Source: Antedon mediterranea (taxonomy: Eukaryota; Animalia; Echinodermata). From it: a stretch of 64,000 nt of DNA. The stretch is taken from contig NC_092675.1 in NCBI RefSeq assembly GCF_964355755.1, positions 26,136,912 to 26,200,911 on the forward strand, read 5' to 3'. Positions 48,201 through 62,000 of this stretch are shown here, in pieces. The position numbers were made by a program, and so were the translations under genes. Positions within the stretch are counted from its first letter, which is position 1, and each line of letters opens with the position of its first letter. The notes below the pieces were generated by a model that made no database searches, was not told where the DNA came from, and saw only the letters and a list, made by a program, of their open reading frames with translations.

Positions 48201-49213
48201 TACAGTTTATATTATACAGTTTCATTATTTATTCGGTCTATTTCAGTACGGTATATACATATACAAATTTGGGAGACCAGGGTCAACCTAAGTGAACCTA
48301 ATCACTGTAGCTGAGCCGGTTATTTTAAAAACTATTGTATCTTTAGAAACTAAAGTTTCACATATAAAATATACTAAAGTAACAAAGATGGTAGGATAGT
48401 CTAGTCATAGTATTTAAACTTAAGCGCAATAATGCTGAATAGGGCTTACATTACAATGTCATCAACATGAAATATTACTTAATAATAATATGTTTAAATG
48501 TTTGCAGAATTATTCTGTTGAATTAATTTGTAGTATAGTAGGTATAAATATTATTAATTAGGTGAATCTAGTACTTATTTGTGACTTTTATGAATAATAT
48601 AACCAATGATCTCAGGGAATCGGTTAACCATGAAGGAAATTATATTGATCAAAAATATTTAAATCTACACTCAACAAACAATCGAATTCTATAAAGCAAA
48701 ATTGTTTATCTAAATTATGATGAATACAATTACATAATTAGTCATCAGTGTAGCTCATTTCCTTTAACAAACATTGGTTCTTAGAACAGTGTATTTTTCA
48801 TCTTGAAAATCGTTCCATTGATAATTCCGTATGATAATTCAGAAATGTTGATCTCACTTTTTCATTAAATTGTGTATTCAAAATAAATAAAATTATAAAA
48901 CAAAACATAGTCATTGTCATACACTCATTAAACACAAACGATTAAAAATGTGAATGTTAACATTTAAAAAGTATACGGCCGATGCGGTGTACATTATAAT
49001 ATTTAATTTATAATATTTAACCCGAGTTCTACTCTGCAACTTGTACTATCCTATTACAAGAGGGTACGTCGTTAATTACCATGGTAACTTAATGGAAGTT
49101 AATTTATAGGTCAACATTAACGCATTGGCAAACAGATCTTAAAATACAATTTAAAAACTTTAAAAAAGTATTGACCGATATATATGTTTGTTTTTGTTCC
49201 TTCTGATTACATT
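45277..49213. repeat. Tandem duplication of about 1.7 kb (about 2.3 copies)
   Basis: AAGGAAATWATATTGATCAAA restarts at about 45277, 46932 and 48633. Confidence 0.9.
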
Positions 49214-50799
49214 TTCAAAATTTCAAATCAATATCAAAATAAAAAAAAGTTTGCAAATGTAACGAGGTTGAAATGAATATCACTTTGTTTGAGTATGTCC
49301 AAACTACAAAGAAATTAGTCACTGCTTTTTGAAAAATGAGAAAAGTTTATATTTTTACTAATGAATAACAAAAATAAAAAAGTAATCAATAACCTGGTAT
49401 AATTTGCCCTTTTCGCATATAAAAAAAAACCTAACTATTATGCTTTTACTGCTACTTACATTTAATTTTATGTAGGCCTATTATTTTATATTATGGTACT
49501 TGGGCCAGTGGCCTACTGTTGAATAATGTATAGTTAACCTGTTGATCAGCTTATTGCTAATGTCGGTAACTTGATCATACATTACAAGAATGTAAGGTCG
49601 TTAATTTCCAGAAAGCCAACAATTACAGAATTAAAGTATAAGGTCAACGTTATTAACTTGTACAAGTAAATCTAAAGATAAAAGCTCTTTATGGGATGTT
49701 CTATCCAATAAATAAGTAAATTTAAATTTACGAATAAAAAGAAATTCAATTATTAGGCTCTATAGGAATGGTGATAAATATCTATATAATGTAGCGATAT
49801 TCTAAAAGCAGTATTGTTATCTTATTGTATTTAAGTTCATATTTACTTAGTAGCTTGTATATCCTCAATGATAGTTTGATTTTACACATTCCACACTCTG
49901 AATTAATTAAGATTGTACCTCCTTTATCTAGGTTTCCATAACAACTGGTCAATTTTGTGGGTTTTGTGGTGGGGAATAAGAAAGTTTTATACCCTGTGTT
50001 ATCATGGAATACTGTGAAATTGGATATATGAGTCAGATCTGTGTAGTTAGTATTGAGTTTTAAAAGTAAGCAGTTGTGTTATAATTAAAAAAAGCATTTT
50101 CTATTGGAATTCTGTGTTTCATCGATTTTGTAGCTGAAATTGAGAACCTGGGTTTAAGTTATTATTGTTATTATTTTGTGAAGAGCTACATATAGAGTAT
50201 AGACTAAAGTTTCACATAATATAAAATCTACTAACAAAGGGTTATGATAATCATAAATGAAGCGCAATAATGCTAAAGAGGGAATGCTAAAATAGGGCTA
50301 AATAGTCTACAATAATACTGGGTTGATCAAACCATGGATCTATAAAGTATAGGTTCAAACTATAGAAGTCTAGTAAATTTGTTTTAGAGCTACAAACATT
50401 ATTTGTTCAAAATAAATAATTGTATTCGTGGAGGTGAAACGTCGCCATTTAAAAAGCTTGCTTGAGTCATCGGCACTGCGCCTTCTTTACATATCAGGGT
50501 ATCAACCAATCACAGATGGAGCTCAGAATAATAAATTCGACACGGCGCGGGATTTAAATTCTAAATACATACGTGTCACTTGCATTCTGCTGCGGAAAAA
50601 GAGAAGCTCGTTCAAAAAATCAAGTAAACTATCCTAATTATTATCAACAACAACTTCTATCAAGCCAATATATTTGCGGTGAGTTATTGTTTCATTAATC
50701 GTTATATATTGAGGCTTTTTAATTTTTGGTTAATCGACGATGCTTTGTATCTTTTCCTACAGAAAACAATGCAATGTAGGTTGCTTATGTAATTACTAG

Positions 50800-50851
50800 C
50801 ATAGAGATATTATAGTGTATAATAGATAATAGATATTATAATATCTCTATG
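50800..50851. mobile_element. 52-bp P-type micro-element or footprint
   Basis: 15-bp TIR CATAGAGATATTATA, 7-bp TSD TTACTAG. Confidence 0.75.
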
Positions 50852-51281
50852 TTACTAGATATTAAAAAATCCGTGAATATTTATTTAACATAACATGGTT
50901 TATTTATTGTTTGGAATACATTATCAATAAATAATACAATTTTGCGATGTTACATTTATACTACCTTTTTAGAAAACCAAATCTAATTAGGCTTACTACT
51001 AGGCCTAGCCTAGACCTGGTTATAAACTGTTACATTTGACGTTTAATTACCGTAATTATTAAACTATTTAGTATTTACAAAGGATGGGCCTATAGACTAG
51101 GTTTCGTTTATATTATCATTACTTACTAATGTTATAAAGTTGTAAATTAACTTAATAGTTATAAATGGTCATGATGATGGAGTGAGATCCATTAAATATA
51201 ACATGCATATGTTTTTTTGCTAAATGAATAGTACAGTAGTTTCTAAACCATGTAAATTGTTCACTGTTAGCACGACCTTAA

Positions 51282-52690
51282 AGTGGAGCTCCACCCAGAA
51301 AATTACTATTTTTCATACATTTCAACTATTATTTAAAAATATCATCCCCTATACTTCATATTTTTTTGAATTTTTTTAAAATGAGTACGAGTTTCTTGAA
51401 AATCACGCCTTTTTGCGTTTTGGGGGGATACCTTGTAATTTCCTATTCTTTTACATGCAAAAGGGGGGTATATTTGAATAATCCTAAAAAATTAATTTCT
51501 TCACTAAAAAAAAAATTTAAAATGTAGTTTTATGTAATTTTTCCAGATCTTTCTATTTCTGGTATAGTTATCGCGTATACATTGCGCAATTTTGCGTAAA
51601 TAGACACTTTCCCCCGTTCGGGTCCAATTGGGTTTTTTATTTTGCTAGGGAGTATGATCACGTGACATTTTTCACAATCACACTACTGCAGCTGGCGATC
51701 TGTTATTTTGTCGCGATGTTATTTTTTACGGGCAAAAAGTATAATAAAACATTCTGAATGTGACCCTATCATGTTTCACAGTGTAATAATGTGATTATGA
51801 GACTTATTACTAAAATGTCAAATCTAACGAGATTTGAGAAAGATGTGGCTGTATATTCAATAAAGCTAGGCCTAGGCCTACTAGAGTGTAGGTATGTACC
51901 GATGCTGCTTGGCCTCCAGCTGCTAGGCTGACACTCAGCAGTGAAGTTTGTTCTGCTGTCACCCAACCTCGGCCTACCCATATGGGCCATGATAGGGTGC
52001 CTGAATAGTTGCTTTTCAGTCAGGCCTAAGCTTCCACATCGCTTTACTACTCTTGTTCTGTATAGGATTTTGTGTTTCACAAATATAATGTGCGAGAAAA
52101 CCCAGGAATGATAAATGGGGCGAAACGACCAAGAATTTTCAAACCCATGAATGCATATAGGCCTAGACAAAAAATTCAAGGCTAGCTAGGCTGAGCAGAC
52201 GGCTTCTAGGCCTAGCTTAAAGTTAATAAACAATCTGATAAGATTATTATGCTGTTGTTGTACAGTGCAAATCATGAGGTTACAATACATGTAAATTATA
52301 CCACAGGGAGTTGCTCTCTGAGTATACTGACATTTTTATCGGAAATATTACTTAGGCCTAAACAAATCGTATTAATTGTGTGTATAAAATGTATTCCCCA
52401 TTTTTCGACACATAATTTACCAAAGGGGAGACATTTCACCTATGCGTTTACCGGCGACTAAAACGCGTCAGTTGCTAAGTGTAACGCGTTTCGCGACGTA
52501 TTGTAAACTAATAACCCCTAAGTTACTGAAAAAGTGTAATGTATTAAAAAACACTATTTTCTGACCGATTTTTTAGAAATGAGTTTTTGGAAAATATATC
52601 CGTATTTTCCCTGTTTTTTTTATGTAATCACTTTCAATTAAACATACTTAAACATAATATAAGCTGAGAAAGTCTGAGTGTAGCTCCACT
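51282..52690 (-). mobile_element. Kolobok-like non-autonomous DNA transposon, copy 2 (inverted)
   Basis: TTAA TSD; reverse complement of 21895-23302. Confidence 0.8.
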
Positions 52691-52707
52691 TTAATGACTA
52701 GCTTTGA

Positions 52708-53406
52708 CCAGAGCCATATAATAAAGAGTTACGACATTGAAAATTAGAAGCCATTTTTGTGTCAAAGAATTCGCACGCTGAGGGCGCGCCCGTCTATTTT
52801 GTATCAGAGCCATATATAGAGCATTTTCCTGTAGTTCATGCATTATTTTTAGATTTTTTTGTCTATGAAATAACGCTTCGGCTTATATTCCGTTTTTATT
52901 TTAGTAATTAATTTTATTAATGGTATTAATTTGGTAACATATATATATTGGGTCTATAATAACAATAATTATATTTGTAATAATTTGCCTTTATTTTAAT
53001 ATTGTTCATACCCTATTCGATATATTAACAAATATATCCATGACACTTTATTATTTTTTTAAGTCATCAAAGCATGAATTATGAATTGAAAATATTACAT
53101 AATTGTTATTAATAGGACGTAGTTACGGGATGTTTCGTTCCAAAATCAATCAATCGAACTTTATAATGTACTAGCGCACGCGCGCGCAATATTCTTTGCC
53201 GCAAGTACTTCTGTACGCTGTGCACATCGATATTTCAACGTAAAATGTGTAATTACATTTTTTAAATATAAGAAAAAGTTTAAAGTATTTTCTTGTTCCT
53301 ATACTTTACATGCATTAACGGAGACAAGTTTGACATAAAATTGATCTACATATCACGTGACTACAGTATAATCCAATGTCGTAACTCTTTATATATCTGG
53401 CTTTGG
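52708..53406. mobile_element. MITE of about 700 bp with P-like CARAG termini
   Basis: Imperfect TIR of about 32 bp containing ATAAAGAGTTACGACATTG; no clear TSD. Confidence 0.6.
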
Positions 53407-55328
53407 CTAGATTAATTCGGCACCCGATAAATTCATCATTAAAAACATTCTTGAAATATGAAATAACTCAAGACCTTTACTAATTTGAAAAGGTAACTAT
53501 ATGACTATCAACATTTTTTATACAGATTTTAGAAGACTGCATAGCCTAAAATAACTCAAAACCAAATCATCATCAACTTCTATTTTATAGACACATTTTC
53601 GGTGAGTTATTTTTATTTATCATTCACAAAATTGCACTTGTTTGTTGTTTTAAATATGCTACAGTACTAACTTAACATGCTGACAATTTACTGTTTTTTT
53701 TGTGCTAAAACATTATGTCATTTTTATGTTATATGATTTATTCAGTTTAAAATGAGTCCGGACTCCCTTTTGTAGATGAATATTTAAAAATAAAAAAGTC
53801 GCTTACTTGCCAACTCTTCCATGCATTTCCTTAATTAAACAATCAAATGTATTTCTCCATTTAAATAAGATTTCAATTTGTTTAATTTAAATATTAATTT
53901 AAACATTTCAGTTAAAAGTATTTTTACAACAATTTAATATTTTGTTTTCTCTTTTTACCCCCAAAATAAGTAGTTAACAGTAGAAATTTAATTTTTTTTT
54001 ACATGGATATACCCAGTGGGTCGTACAGTACATGATTCAATCACTTTTATATTAGTTCGGTGGGGTTTGCTATGTTTTTTGGGAGGTTTGCGGGGTTTAG
54101 CAAAACCCATACTGTCAATGTTTTCTCTTTCTCATCTTGGGAATACTTTTGGAAAAAATGGAACCAAAAAGTAATTAAGTTAAGCGTTTAAAAGAAAATC
54201 AATTTAAACAAAGACTTATGTTAAATTAATAATGTGTTATTTTTAATTTAATTATAGATGATAGTGAAAGTGATGACAGCATGGCTCAAGAGTCGGTAAC
54301 AATACATAGTAAGTCATAGTTGCTCTAATTTAAACATTGAGTTACCTTCATTATTACAGTACTTGCGAAATAATGTTGTCAAGTATACAGTAGTAGTTGC
54401 TAATATTTATACTTTGTTTTTTGGCAAGTTATAGACCAGGGGGCTAACAGGTATATTCTCACAGACTATGCCTATTGAAATATTTTTTTTTATTATTGTA
54501 GCAAATGACAAGATAGAAGAAATAACGGAAACATCGGTCGCTTCTCTGTAGGACTCTATGATTGGTAATATACCCCTTTTTTAAGTAGCCGTTAACAATT
54601 TGTATTTGAAGTTCAATTTTTCTTTCTTTTCTTTTCTTTTATTCAATTTTTTTCACACACAAGTTATGTGAAACAATGATAACAGGTATCATAGTAATAA
54701 ACAATAAGGTAATCAAACTAATTTGAAAAAAATATATAGGGATACTTGTACTTTAACAAAAAACAAAGAAGTGTGAAAGGAGGTCAAATAAGACAAATAA
54801 TACTAGACGCTTAAAACCAAATGTGCTCATGCACATTAGTACTTATGTCATAATGGCATTAATGTTTACTGCTAATACAGAATTTTAAAGTTTTAAATGT
54901 GTACATTGTGGCTAATAACTCTCATTCAAATTGTTCATCTTTAGAATCGTGATGCGAGCTCACCCACAAACGATTGAAGCAATGTGAGATAGAGATTGCT
55001 GAAACACTGAAGCACACTCCCAACAGACCAGGTGGCTCAAGATACAAGGTAAGAATAAATTTAATTTGATTTATCATTTATTTATTTTTTACCATGGCGA
55101 AATAACTTATTCCTCCATGCTTTTACGTATCACTCATATTGTAATGATGAAGTTTACTATAGTCCGCATCAGTTTAAAGACTAAATAGTTTACAAATTAA
55201 AAGATACTATAGTCATTATTGTTCAGTTTCACCAAGTGGTATATAAGCAATAAAACACATTCGTACAATCGCACTCAAACGAATAATTAATGTAAAGTTA
55301 CGGGATACAAATGTTGGAATAAAGTAAA

Positions 55329-55456
55329 TTACAACTAACGTCTGGTACTATACTGATAGGGCTTGGTATTTAGACCCAACAACACTATCCAATTACAACT
55401 AACGTCTGGTACTATACTGATAGGGCTTGGTATTTAGACCCAACAACACTATCCAA
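55329..55456. repeat. 64-bp direct tandem duplication
   Basis: TTACAACTAACGTCTGGTAC...CACTATCCAA occurs twice. Confidence 0.9.
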
Positions 55457-56449
55457 TACGAAATAAACATAACAACTACATACTGTAATGTAAATTTAAT
55501 AGGGAATGTGCAACCACATAAAAAACACCAAATAGTCAATAGCCAAAATCTTTTATAATTTAAACGTGGGGAAAATTCGATTAGAATGACAATAATTAAA
55601 TTTTGTAAACTAGTAACACTTAACATTTTTTTTTAAAGACTTGCTGCTAAGAGATAATTTTATTTACCTAGTTTTACAATTTGTTATCTTTTCAGGAACG
55701 GAATGTGCCAGACAGAAGAGAGGAGGACGACTTATAGGCAAATTTGCTCATTCTCGTTTAAGAACAATGTTTCTTATTATCGTATCATCGAGAACGGGTA
55801 ATTACTGCTGGTTCTCGTTCCTGATCAAAAATAGCGAAAGCTCTCTAATAATAATCAAGTTCCTACCTCTTAAGCTATTTGCAATACATTATGTCTTTTT
55901 TTAATCAGATAATAGAATAAATCAAACAATATTTCATTTTAAATTGCTTGTTTTTATATGTCTTATACAGTACTAACTACATGTTTTAACAAATAACGAG
56001 CTATGTAACGCGTATATCTGCAGAACACTATATATAAAATGTGGTAACGTTAGCCAAATCGTTGTATATAACTAAGTATTACATTTTCAGGACGTCAAAT
56101 ATGGACGTTATAAATACGTCGTCAGTGGTAAAAAGTTTATGATGTAACATTATCAAACTACGATTTGAAAATGTATCTGGTACGTTGTAATGAACGTTAC
56201 TAGTTCGTATGTGCGAAAGTTATAATTACGCCTTACATACGCTATTTAAAAACATTGAGAACGTTAAAAACACGTAGCAAATACGTCATTTACAAACGTA
56301 GAAGGCACGTTCCTAACACGTTAATTGTGAACATTTTTAGGACGTTATAAAAACGCGTTGCATACGTTATGTATGAATGTTATTTTGGACGTTAAAAACA
56401 TGTTGCAAACACGTCATTTACAAACATTACATAAAACGTTAAAAAAACG

Positions 56450-57080
56450 TTTAGGACACGTTTTTTATCAACGTTATTGCAGAAGTTGTATATACGTTTT
56501 GAATACGTTATTTATGAACATTATTGATGACGTTCAAAAGACGTTATAAACACGTTATTTTGAATGTTATTTTGGACGTTATAAAGTCGTATAAAAAGGT
56601 CGACATTTTCTCGTTCGTGCAACGTTATTGTAGAAGTTATAAATACGTATTTAACACGTTATTTCTGAACATTATTGAGGACGTTCAAAAAACGTTATAA
56701 ACACGTTATTTTGAACGTTATTTTGGACGTTAAAAAGTCGTATAAAAAGGTCGACATTTTCTCGTTCGTGCAACGTTATTGTAGAAGTTATAAATACGTA
56801 TTTAACACGTTATTTCTGAACATTATTGAGGACGTTCAAAAAACGTTATAAACACGTTATTTTGAACGTTATTTTGGACGTTAAAAAGTCGTATAAAAAG
56901 GTCGACATTTTCTCGTTCGTGCAACGTTATTGTAGAAGTTATAAATACGTATTTAACACGTTATTTATGAACATTATTGAGGACGTTCAAAAAACGTTAT
57001 AAACACGTTATTTTGAACGTTATTTTGGACGTTATAAAGTCGTATAAAAAGGTCGACATTTTTGCGTTCGTACAACGTTA
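56450..57080. repeat. 151-bp tandem array (about 4 copies), right subterminal repeat
   Basis: GTCGAC at 56599, 56750, 56901 and 57052. Confidence 0.9.
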
Positions 57081-59041
57081 TTAGAAAACGTTTTTATAAC
57101 CAAAAAATAACGTAATTATAACGTTACCAAAACGTAAAATTGTTTGCTGGGTAGCTTCATTCAGTAAACATGTATAAACATTATGTTTTACCATAAACAA
57201 AAAACTAAAGTATTTTTATTGTAACTACCTGTACTTATTTATATGCTGTATAAAGTTTTTTTGGGAAATTTTCTAATAAATTTATAACTCGTAATTGTAC
57301 TGTTTGTATATGTTGTTATACTTGTCACTTAATACAGTCGGTTTTCACCAGCCAGACGAAAAGTATTCGCGCCAATCAAACATGAGCTCAGATTGGTTGC
57401 GCTTTTTCTTGCGGAACAAAAAGTATAGGCCTAATTAGGCTTTAAATTATACATGTACAGTACTACTAGTGAACCCCACACTACAAAGAGAACAACTATA
57501 AAGAATTAGAATATTTAACATTTCAATTCACAAACAAATTATATTACCAAATAACTATCTAAATTATAGCAGTAAAAATAAACCGGAAATCGTAAATGAT
57601 ACTGGGTTGCTGGCACATCCTCGTCATTCCTGACTCTCATCACTGCAACATTCCTCACTTTATATTAACCAGTTTATTAAAAAAAGGATATGAGAAAGTT
57701 TGACTTGTAGGGATATTTTGTTTTAATGTTAAATTAAATAGTTATGAATTTTAGACATTTTTCTTTACATTTTCGGTTATGAACGACCTAGGAAATAGTA
57801 CCTCCTACCTTTACGCATATCTTGCTGGTCGTCGACTGGACCTAGAATCCCCCAGAACTATGCCGATGAGGAAATTACATTTACTATTGCGCATGCGCAC
57901 TATTGATTAAACATGACGAACTCGTTTTAGGTTTTTAGCAAATCGAAAGCTCCGTTTGTTTTTTTTTTTATTAAAAAAAATTATTCCACTATTTGTGTTT
58001 GATGAGCATCACACATGCACGGAGAAGACAAACTCCATGATAAATGTAATTAAAGTATGATAGGCCTACTTCCTTTTGAATCGATTTAGATCGAACGCAG
58101 AAAATGTAATAAAATGGAATTTATGTTAAAAATTAAACCAATGTCGCTTTGCATTGAAACCTGTTTAAAATAATAGAGGAGTTTACAGTTTATCATTGTT
58201 GCTTATCGGTTAAGATAAAATAATAAATATAATATAAAACCGGACCTATTTGTCGATGCTAGATCCAAAGCTGGTTTAACGATTGTTAAAGAAGTTACAG
58301 TATTTGCGAACAGAGAGTGGTAAAATAAAGTAAATAAAGCTTAAGTCACAAAAGACCGCAGTTTGTTTTTATAAACGTATTTTATAAAGAAAAGTGTTGG
58401 TATCTTTAATAAACAAGTTCTTACCAAACCAAAACGTTGGTTGAGTTGTTCCATTCTTCTTCTCGTCGTAATATTTGCGAGTACTTCCTTATTCCATTTT
58501 GTTATAACATCGTTAATGAACGATTTGATGTATTTGCTTCGTAAAATCATAAAATGTAAGTAGTACATATTTGTGTTGCTTTTTTCTATAGGGACGTACG
58601 ACATAATACACTGTAGAATACTGTGGACATATTCAAACGATAGTTAAACGTATTACCTCCTAAACAATTACATACAGTGTTGCAATTATATTCGTCAAGA
58701 ACGATGCTATTTTCCTTTATTGTATTATAAAGACTAAACATTAATGAGAATGCAAAAATCGTATTTGTAGCTGGCCACTTTATTAACATGTATTAAAATA
58801 GAACGTCTGCACAAAACAATAACGCTGTAGATCTGTAACACAAAGATATATTTTTATAAGAATAATAAGTTATTGATTATTAATGTAATTAAGCTTGTCA
58901 AATGTTAGGCCTACAGCGATTTTAACAATTAGCAGATAATCCCAGATTGCTTAAAATAAAAACTGAGATCAGAGAAACAAATTATGTGGTCATGAAGTGA
59001 TTTATAGTAATTAACATGTATACTTTTTTTATATAGAAAAT

Positions 59042-59093
59042 ATGAGTTTTGTAACAGTTTTAATTTTACTTCAAGGAGCCGTTTCATGTCTGG
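59042..59093 (+). CDS. Gene C signal-peptide exon
   Basis: MSFVTVLILLQGAVSCLG|GTAATA. Confidence 0.7.
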
Positions 59094-62000
59094 GTAATAT
59101 TTTAATTAATATTTCCAATTAAGATGAAATTTTAAATAAATCATTTATTTAATTCCTAAATAAATTTCTTATAATAATAATATCGATTCAGAATGTCATC
59201 AAGTTCAATTAAGTTAACTGCTCTTGTTTTATACTTTATAAACAAAGTTAGAAGATTAGTTTAAATGACATAAAAACAATACATAAACTAAAATTAATAT
59301 GAAATAGATTATAAAGTTAAATTAAAAAACAAATAACAATTAAAAAGGCATATTGTCTTAAAGTTAGTGTGATGAAATCAGTGGCCGTATTCACCATTCA
59401 CACTTAGTAGGCTAAGGGATACACCTCTCTCCTACATAAGTGAATATAATTTAAGGGAAATACATAAATATTTATTGAGTTATGTGAAATACTTAATATT
59501 TAAGAGAAATATCTCACTTAGGCCTAAGTGTGATTGGTGAACACGGCCACAGGTGATCAGTAATTTGATCTTTAAATTTGATGACCGATAAAAACAACTA
59601 TTACTTTTCTTAATGAAAACAACAAACTATGTAAGTTGTATCATAATCAAAGACTCAGAAAGAAAAAAAACAAACAAAATAGTTTATTGAATCATCTTCG
59701 TACATATTTTTTTTTAAAGTTCACAAATCACACAATTTAGGCCTAAAAATAGTTCATAATGTCACTGATATGTAATGTTTTTGTTTCCGATCGATACATA
59801 ATAATATAAGTTTACCAGGCCTACTAAATTATGCCTACATATTTCTTTTCAGGAAATGATAGGTATATTACAGTTTTGAATATACGTCCAAAACAGGACA
59901 ATGATTACCAATACCAATGTTATATTCCTACTGGATATACTGGTTATAGTCTGAGTTACGGTAGATCATTTGCAGTAGCCAATGATGACAGTTTAGATGA
60001 AACATTTTGGAACGTGACGCGTGATGAACGTAGCTATGCAACACCTAATGTTGGCATGGGAGTGTATTATTGCAAGATAGTCAACAATGGTGTCACTTCA
60101 GTCGTTCAAACTACAAGAATAAGAAATGATGGTAAGGGAATTTATGATCATTTAATCTTTGCTTGATACTTTTTATTATTGAAAAACGAAAAACGTACTT
60201 GGTACGTTTTGATTTACTTTTCTATCTTGTTCTATTGTATAGTTATTAGCTTTGTTACGCGCTTTGTATGTTGTTTGTATTTTCGATTAGTTTCTGAGAG
60301 TGCTTGGCTGATTTTTTTATTGTAAATGTAATTTAATCTTCAATCACCGAAAACACGTACTTTTTACCTGCCTTTCGATTGATAAGCCTATTTGATTTGT
60401 ATGTATTGTGAGGTAGTAGAACCTCTATGGACAGCATAAGCCTAACACTTTGTAATTGTTTTTTATTTATCTATTTTTCAAGTCAAGTCAAGTCAAGTAT
60501 CATTTATTGTCATTTGTTTTAAGAAATAACATAGAAATTCTGTTTTCTCTGTTAGCGGAGCACAATATCCAACGGACACAACACGAACTCAAAACAAAAA
60601 CATTACAAAAAGTGTCTACATGGTGTTTAAGGCTCTAGCTCCTGGATAGAAACTATTTGTAAATCGTGTCTTATTGGCCTTAATAGAACGAAATCGCCGA
60701 CCGCTGGGCGTCAATTGAAACATACTAGAGGCCGGATGAAATTGATCATCTTTGATAGCCACTGCCTTTTTCAGAAGACGATCCGAAAAAATGTTTCGTA
60801 TATCTATCTCAGAGAAAACATACTTTCTATGTAAAAATTGCAAATTTGCATATACAATAATTGTATATGCAAATAACAATAAATGGAAATAATTTTTCAT
60901 TGATAAATAATTTATATTTTAAAATACCTTGTAGTCCTACCCTACTTTAGTAGGCTAACTTTGTCCTTTTTTTCAAAACAGCCCTAAATCCTGTAAATTC
61001 TAAAAACATAGCAACTGTGAATATTGGAGATGACGTCACAATTAGGTTTTAATACTGATTTAAACAGATATAAAAGATGGTTCTACCATTTAAAAACGGA
61101 AAAGAGCATGATCCTTAAACAATCCAATTTATTTTTGTGATTATTTTTTTCATATTAAATATAATGTCTTGTTTTCGAAACAGCCTTAATAACGCCTAAA
61201 AATTCTAAAAACACAATCACTGTAAATGTGGGTGATGACGTCACAATTATATTCATCACAAGTTTGAACAGTCAGTTGTCGTGGAGGAAAGATGGCTCTA
61301 CTCCATTCAATATTGGAACTGAAAAGAAAATGACCTTTGACCCAGTAGAGACAAGCGATGCTGGGGTTTACGAAATGTATGAGGATGGTAACAGAACAGA
61401 TCTTAGACACGCGTTTATCAAGTTGATTGTAAGAGGTAAAATAATAAAGAAAAACCAAAATAAATCTATGATGAAGTTTATAATATTTTTTCTATTACAA
61501 CGTTAAAAATGGTTTACAGTAATAATATTGAGCAAAATTATAAGAAAAAATAAGTTTTCGTATAGTTTATTTGAAGGTTGTTTAGAAGGTAAGAGATATT
61601 TCATCTTTGACCTTATTTTCTCATTTTCATAAATTTTCAACTTTCTGACCACATACCTTTGCAATTCCTTAACCAAATTTACAACAACACATTTTTAAAC
61701 AAAATTATTAAGCCATTGGCAACAACTTTGATATAAAAACCTACTATAGGCCTATAACAGTATTATACCGTTCAACTTTGGGTTTTTTTGTTTTAATTAT
61801 AAAAGTAATTATTTAGTATACCATTTCTTTAGCCTGTCCACGTCACAAATGGGGTCCACCTGACTGCACTGGTGACTGTGAATACTGCTATAATGGAGGT
61901 GTATGTGATGATAAAACAGGATTTTGTACCTGTGCACCTGGATTTAAGGGACCCACGTGTGAAACTGGTGAGGAGAATAATAACAATACATAAATTACAT

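Larger units (their letters stand above)
40099..57151. mobile_element. CMC/EnSpm(CACTA)-like non-autonomous DNA transposon of about 17 kb
   Basis: 11-bp TIR CCCAGCAAACA...TGTTTGCTGGG with TA on both flanks; long AACGTT-rich subterminal tandem arrays at both ends; no transposase ORF. Confidence 0.75.

Noticed and set aside
38337-59000. Tyrosine kinase exons expected for a true Tie ortholog
   Set aside because: No GxGxxG, HRDLAARN or DFG-encoding exons were seen, so no TIE/TEK symbol is assigned.
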